Positions 34,626-38,633 of a stretch of DNA of 38,633 nt are shown here, one piece after another (the first letter of the stretch is position 1; every line of letters starts with the position of its first letter). The notes under the pieces are model-generated. The model was not told where the DNA came from and made no database searches. It saw nothing but the letters and a program-made list of their open reading frames with translations. The position numbers and the translations under genes were made by a program. Source of the stretch: Patescibacteria group bacterium (GTDB taxonomy: Bacteria > Patescibacteriota > UBA1384 > DATEAH01). The stretch is taken from the NCBI GenBank assembly GCA_035288465.1, contig DATEAH010000009.1:77951-116583 (forward strand), read 5' to 3'.

Positions 34626-34633
34626 AAGATATT

Positions 34634-36712
34634 ATGGTACCAGAAAAATTGCAATTACACAATTTTATGAGCTATCAAAACCCAAAATCTTTAGATTTTA
34701 AGAGTTTTAATTTAGCTTGTTTGGCTGGCGATAACGGTGTGGGCAAAAGTTCGATATTAGAAGCATTAAGTTGGGCAGTTTGGGGGAAATCTAGAGCCTC
34801 CTCGGATGATGATTTAATTTTTCAAAAAGCTTCTGAAATGTGGGTTGAATTTACATTTCAACTTGAAAAAAGTCATTACAAAATCTTGCGCAAACGGATT
34901 CGCAAAAAAAGAGGTCACTCTGAACTTTATTTGTTTTCTTTTTCACCCAAAACCAAAGGTTATCACTCTTTATCAGAAGACAAAATTTTGAACACGCAAA
35001 AGAAAATCGAAAAATTAATCAAGATTCCATACCGAGTTTTTATTAATTCTGCCTATTTAAGGCAAGGAAAAGCCGATGAATTTACCACTAAAACTCCGGC
35101 GGAACGCAAAGATATTTTAGCTGATATTTTGGATTTAGAATATTTTGATGATTTATCTAAATTTGCCCGTGAAAAATCTCGAAACTTTCAAAATGAAGCT
35201 AAATCTCAAAAATACCATCTCGATGAGCTTGAAATGGAAATGACCCGCGAGCCAGAAATTAAAAAAAGTTTTCAAAAATCATCTCAAGTTTTCAAAAAAA
35301 TTAATTTACAAATTGAAACTGTAAAACAACAACGACAAAACTTAGAAGTAAAAATTAAGATCGCAAATAAAATTAATTTAGAATTAGAAAATTTGAAATA
35401 TGGCTTAGAAAATATTATTTTTGAGGGCAAAAAATTAAAAACGGAAAAAATAGAAACCGAAATGGAACTTTCCCAAATTGAAAAATTAACAAAACGCCGA
35501 AAACTAATTCATGATAATTTCGAAAGGCTTCAAAAATTAAAAAAAGCTGAGGGATTAATGGCCACAAATCAAATTCAAACTTTAACCTTAAAGCAAAAAA
35601 CTGCCAGTTTTATAGCAGATATTGACAAAATTAAATCCCAAATTAAGAAAATTAGCCATATTGCTAAATGCCCAACCTGTTTGCGAATTTTGCCTAAAAA
35701 TGAGGCTGGACAAATTATTAATAATTTAAACCAAGAAATTAAAAATCAAATTCAACCAAAATTAGATCAAATCCAAGCTAAAATCGACAAGATTAACTAT
35801 TCTCACCCAAAACACAACCAGGTTAAGTTTCTAATTCAAAATTTAGCTTCAGCCGAAGATGATTATAATCAATTATCACAACTCGAAGCCGTATCTTTTG
35901 AAAAGAAAAAATTACTCCAAAAAATTAATTTAAAAATCAAAACCAAAAAAGATGAATTTATTAAACTAAACTCAAAAATCACCAAGCTTACTGCCAGCCT
36001 GAACAAGTATTCTGAGATTGAAGAAAAATATCAACAAATTAGTCAGAACATATCTGAGTTAGATAAAGCACATTCAAATATTAGGGAAGAGCTTGGCGGT
36101 TTGCAACAAGAGATAAAACACTTAGAAAGCGTTTCGCAAAAATATCATCAACTAAAAACTCAGCTTGCCAAAAACCAAAAAGATGCCGATATTTTTTTGG
36201 AGCTGGCAGAAATTTTTAGTAAAAATGGCATCCAGGCGAGAATTTTAGATAATGCCATTCCAGAAATTGAAAATCAAACCAATCAAATCTTGTCAAAATT
36301 ATCGCAAGACACTATGAAAATTAGTTTTGAAACCCAAAAAGCCAAGAAAAGCCAAGATCAATCTTTAATTGAAACTTTAGACATCGCGATTACTGATAAT
36401 AATGGCACTAGAAATTATGAAATGTTTTCCGGTGGAGAAGCGTTTCGAATTAATTTTGCCATTCGCATTGCCCTCAGTCGGTTTTTAGCGCAAAAATCAG
36501 GCGCTAAATTGCAGTTTTTAGCTATTGACGAAGGTTTTGGGACCCAAGATGACAACGGTCGTTTACAATTAGTCGAAGCGATTAATGCTATTTCTCAAGA
36601 TTTTAAAAAAATTATTGTCATTACCCATATTTTAGAACTCAAAGATGCTTTTGAAACTCGAATTGATATTACCAAAGATGAAAATGGCTCACACATTACA
36701 GTGGCTTATTAA
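34634..36712 (+). CDS. sbcC: SbcC/Rad50-family ATPase (short form, 692 aa) with a CxxC zinc hook
   Basis: Walker A is LAGDNGVGKSSILEA. A long Lys/Glu/Gln-rich coiled coil has the hook KCPTCLRIL near its middle. The signature motif is FSGGEAFRINFAIRIAL and Walker B is LAIDEGFG. Confidence 0.88.
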   Translation: MVPEKLQLHNFMSYQNPKSLDFKSFNLACLAGDNGVGKSSILEALSWAVWGKSRASSDDDLIFQKASEMWVEFTFQLEKSHYKILRKRIRKKRGHSELYLFSFSPKTKGYHSLSEDKILNTQKKIEKLIKIPYRVFINSAYLRQGKADEFTTKTPAERKDILADILDLEYFDDLSKFAREKSRNFQNEAKSQKYHLDELEMEMTREPEIKKSFQKSSQVFKKINLQIETVKQQRQNLEVKIKIANKINLELENLKYGLENIIFEGKKLKTEKIETEMELSQIEKLTKRRKLIHDNFERLQKLKKAEGLMATNQIQTLTLKQKTASFIADIDKIKSQIKKISHIAKCPTCLRILPKNEAGQIINNLNQEIKNQIQPKLDQIQAKIDKINYSHPKHNQVKFLIQNLASAEDDYNQLSQLEAVSFEKKKLLQKINLKIKTKKDEFIKLNSKITKLTASLNKYSEIEEKYQQISQNISELDKAHSNIREELGGLQQEIKHLESVSQKYHQLKTQLAKNQKDADIFLELAEIFSKNGIQARILDNAIPEIENQTNQILSKLSQDTMKISFETQKAKKSQDQSLIETLDIAITDNNGTRNYEMFSGGEAFRINFAIRIALSRFLAQKSGAKLQFLAIDEGFGTQDDNGRLQLVEAINAISQDFKKIIVITHILELKDAFETRIDITKDENGSHITVAY

Positions 36713-36822
36713 TATAATTTGTAAAAATTAATAATTTTAAATAATTTATTTAGAATTTATAATTATTTACAGTTGAAATGTTTATTATATAAATAGGAGT
36801 AGGACAAATAAAAAAGCTTAAC

Positions 36823-36851
36823 TTGACAAATATTGTCCGATATAGTATAAT
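36823..36851 (+). promoter_or_regulatory. Exact consensus sigma70 promoter (TTGACA-N17-TATAAT)
   Basis: TTGACA lies at 36823-36828 and TATAAT at 36846-36851, with exactly 17 nt between them. No ORF follows for about 300 nt. Confidence 0.55.
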
Positions 36852-36886
36852 AACGGCAAAGGAATTTTTATCGATTTTTAAAGGGG

Positions 36887-36910
36887 GGTCCCGTTTCGGG
36901 ATCCGTTTTT
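36887..36910 (+). terminator. Intrinsic terminator about 35 nt downstream of the consensus promoter
   Basis: The stem pairs GGTCCCG (36887-36893) with CGGGATCC (36897-36904), with a 3-nt loop and one bulge. GTTTTT (36905-36910) follows. Confidence 0.6.
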
Positions 36911-37154
36911 GAAATTAATTTTTGAAAATTGTTTGCATTAGTTACAGTTGGTGGTTATTTATTGTTTTTTCGGCCAAGGTTTGGCTGGGAATTAGGACAG
37001 CTTGTACCAATTTAGGGTTAGTGCCCGCAAGTGAGGTACGAATGTACCACTCTCCCGGTCAAACTCTGTTCGCAAGAACAGTGATGTTATATCAGTGACA
37101 CCGGCACCCTTTGGGGTTGCCACAGTCAGTACCTGAACAACGAGGTGAAACACA

Positions 37155-38228
37155 ATGACCAGATCCACAGTCGTATCCATCGTGGTCGTTCTGCTCGTCG
37201 TCGCGTTCGCGCTTCCTATGGCGGATGCCGCTGGCTTTGGGTTGTCCATGACGCCCAGCCAACATGAAGAGTTCGGACGCTGTAACGTCTGGATAGACGC
37301 TGTCTATCCAGATGCCCTGCGAGCCAGCACATCGTGGGGCGCAGATCAAGTTCCAGAGATTGTCTTTGCACCGGACTTGATACTGCGCGTCAATTGGACC
37401 TCTGACTCGGGCAACTGGAAATCCGCTCGGGTCGGTCTGGCTGGAAATCGTCGGTTTGAGGTGAAACTCCACGGTGAAAACCGCGGGGACATCATCTCGG
37501 CGGAGATCCCTATCAGCGAGTTCGGAGGTGAAGCCGGTATGCAGGGTCTTTGTCTGATCATCGGGCAAAAAGCCTCGCACCGAGCCATCATCTCACTGCC
37601 CCTAATCGGAGATGTCGGAAAGAAGGGGCAGTACAATGAGGACTGGGGACTGATCAGATTCACTTTGATTCGACCCCTGACCGGCCCGGAGATGTTCGGA
37701 CCTGTTCCTGAACTCGGCTTGTCTGCCCTTGAGGCGTTCCTCCTCGTACACAACGGAGGCACGCCCACGATCGGGTCAGTGGATAAGGATTTGGTTCGCC
37801 AACTCGTCGAAAGACGTCTGGCTGCCGGTCCACGATTCACTGATCCTCCAACGGATTCAGCTACAGTTGGGTCTGCAGAACAGGTAGAGGGGGTCATGAT
37901 CGAAACTCCGCCCCCAACGCCTGCTGTCGTGACCGAAGCACCAAAACCTGTCGAAATGGAAAAGCCGGAACCCGCAAGGGATCTGGTCATCCGAATCGAA
38001 CAGGTGTCGTCAGACGAGTTTCGGCTCGTCCTGCCACAAGGCATCAGCCGGTTTGTCTACTCCTACACTGCCTCCAATCAGGAGACGGCGTGGAGTGATC
38101 CGGTGTCCACTATTGCTCAGTCGGTCAACTACAAGGTTTGCCCTGGAGCGAAATACCTTCAGGTGCGAGCCGTGACAGATAACGGGACTTTTGGCCCCGT
38201 CAATACATTCAACTTCGGAGGTGAGTAG
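37155..38228 (+). CDS. Secreted hypothetical protein (357 aa) in the G+C-rich segment
   Basis: RBS GAGGTG lies 7 nt upstream. The signal peptide is MTRSTVVSIVVVLLVVAFALPMADA. A Pro-rich linker (ETPPPTPAVVTEAPKPVEMEKPEP) is followed by a beta-rich C-terminal domain. I recognise no family. The antisense ORFs are Ser/Arg/Pro-rich shadows. Confidence 0.6.
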   Translation: MTRSTVVSIVVVLLVVAFALPMADAAGFGLSMTPSQHEEFGRCNVWIDAVYPDALRASTSWGADQVPEIVFAPDLILRVNWTSDSGNWKSARVGLAGNRRFEVKLHGENRGDIISAEIPISEFGGEAGMQGLCLIIGQKASHRAIISLPLIGDVGKKGQYNEDWGLIRFTLIRPLTGPEMFGPVPELGLSALEAFLLVHNGGTPTIGSVDKDLVRQLVERRLAAGPRFTDPPTDSATVGSAEQVEGVMIETPPPTPAVVTEAPKPVEMEKPEPARDLVIRIEQVSSDEFRLVLPQGISRFVYSYTASNQETAWSDPVSTIAQSVNYKVCPGAKYLQVRAVTDNGTFGPVNTFNFGGE

Positions 38229-38229
38229 C

Positions 38230-38633
38230 ATGACCCGGGTCTTCGGACTCGTGTTGGCATTAGTCGTCCTTTGCTCGGCATTTGCATTCGCCGAGCAATC
38301 CACGACTATCCAGATTAAGAACGTCGTCCCAGATCGTCAGTTGACGATTCGGGAGCAGCGGTTTTTGGCCACTATACCATCTGGTCCTTCGGGATCAGAT
38401 ACGTATGGTCTTCGTGAAGCCTGTCGGCAAATGTTGCTGGTGGGCATTATCCACGTTCCCGCTGATGGGAAGTACCGCACAGGGGACGCAACCAGATACT
38501 GGTCAATGTACCAGGTCTGGACTGCACCGCAGGTGGTTACGATTCCCGTCATCCAAGGCCCACCCGGACCTGCCGGTCCTCAAGGACCACCAGGAGAACT
38601 TGGACCTCCCGGACAACCCGAACCTGTGGCTCT
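38230..38633 (+). CDS. Secreted collagen-like repeat protein, 3'-truncated by the window edge
   Basis: This ORF is not in the supplied track because it has no stop inside the window. My own translation from ATG 38230 (RBS GGAGGTGA 5 nt upstream, 1 nt after the previous stop) gives MTRVFGLVLALVVLCSAFAFAEQ... It then continues to GPPGPAGPQGPPGELGPPGQP (seven G-X-Y triplets, 38557-38619). Confidence 0.6.
   Translation, partial: MTRVFGLVLALVVLCSAFAFAEQSTTIQIKNVVPDRQLTIREQRFLATIPSGPSGSDTYGLREACRQMLLVGIIHVPADGKYRTGDATRYWSMYQVWTAPQVVTIPVIQGPPGPAGPQGPPGELGPPGQPEPVA

Noticed and set aside
36767-36950. 9-bp direct repeat TTACAGTTG (36767-36775 and 36942-36950) flanking the promoter/terminator unit, as possible att or TSD sites
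   Set aside because: A single 9-mer repeat within 200 nt of very AT-rich sequence is plausibly chance. No recombinase is nearby, and the repeat does not coincide with the compositional break itself (~36,970).
36992-38552. Minus-strand ORFs in the G+C-rich segment (36992-37249, 37092-37580, 37346-38044, 38010-38303, 38337-38552)
   Set aside because: Long antisense ORFs are expected in G+C-rich DNA. Their translations are Ser/Arg/Pro/Gly-rich and lack starts with an RBS. In contrast, the + strand genes have RBSs, signal peptides and tight coupling.
1-38633. Alternative genetic code (TGA recoding, as in some candidate-phylum bacteria)
   Set aside because: TGA terminates the HIT gene (24887-24889) and yqeY (25614-25616) at family-typical lengths. 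None of the conserved genes requires read-through of TGA, TAG or TAA.
1-38633. CRISPR arrays, rRNA genes, transposases, integrases or reverse transcriptases (DGR/retron/group II intron)
   Set aside because: I saw no regularly spaced direct repeats outside the protein-coding repeats of the giant gene. None of the ORF translations shows the hallmark motifs of these families (DDE, tyrosine/serine recombinase, YxDD).

Overview
Most of the window (1 to ~36,970) is an AT-rich, tightly packed bacterial chromosome segment. Hand counts of single 60-nt lines give about 10-35% G+C. I can support 36 CDS, and 35 of them are on the + strand. The standard genetic code applies, since TGA ends conserved genes (HIT, YqeY) at their expected lengths. 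Recognisable housekeeping genes are rarA, rpsU-yqeY-ybeY, ftsA-ftsZ, a class II ribonucleotide reductase with cobalamin-handling genes and thioredoxin, yggT and sbcDC. The rest is mostly membrane-anchored surface proteins: a 3032-aa giant beta-helix/beta-propeller protein, a 1206-aa BNR-propeller/glycosidase-like protein, and cell-wall enzymes (lytic transglycosylase, M23 peptidase, CapA-like). This content and composition resemble a small-genome Patescibacteria/CPR-type organism, which is inference, not proof. I found no rRNA, convincing tRNA, CRISPR array, transposase or integrase. The main points for follow-up, in window order: (1) a GIY-YIG gene cassette flanked by a 10-bp direct repeat; (2) the architecture of the giant surface protein; (3) an orphan two-gene cassette whose second gene seems to continue in the -1 frame after an A4 run; (4) an nrdJ-cobO-DUF4430-membrane protein-trxA module; (5) sbcD appears to need a CTG start codon to keep its catalytic motif I; (6) an exact consensus promoter (TTGACA-N17-TATAAT) followed about 35 nt later by an intrinsic terminator, in an extremely AT-rich spacer after sbcC; (7) an abrupt switch at ~36,970 to ~55-65% G+C DNA encoding two secreted proteins, one collagen-like, which is either foreign/mobile DNA or an assembly chimera. 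I do not recognise a complete named novel system in this window. The items above are leads, not demonstrations.
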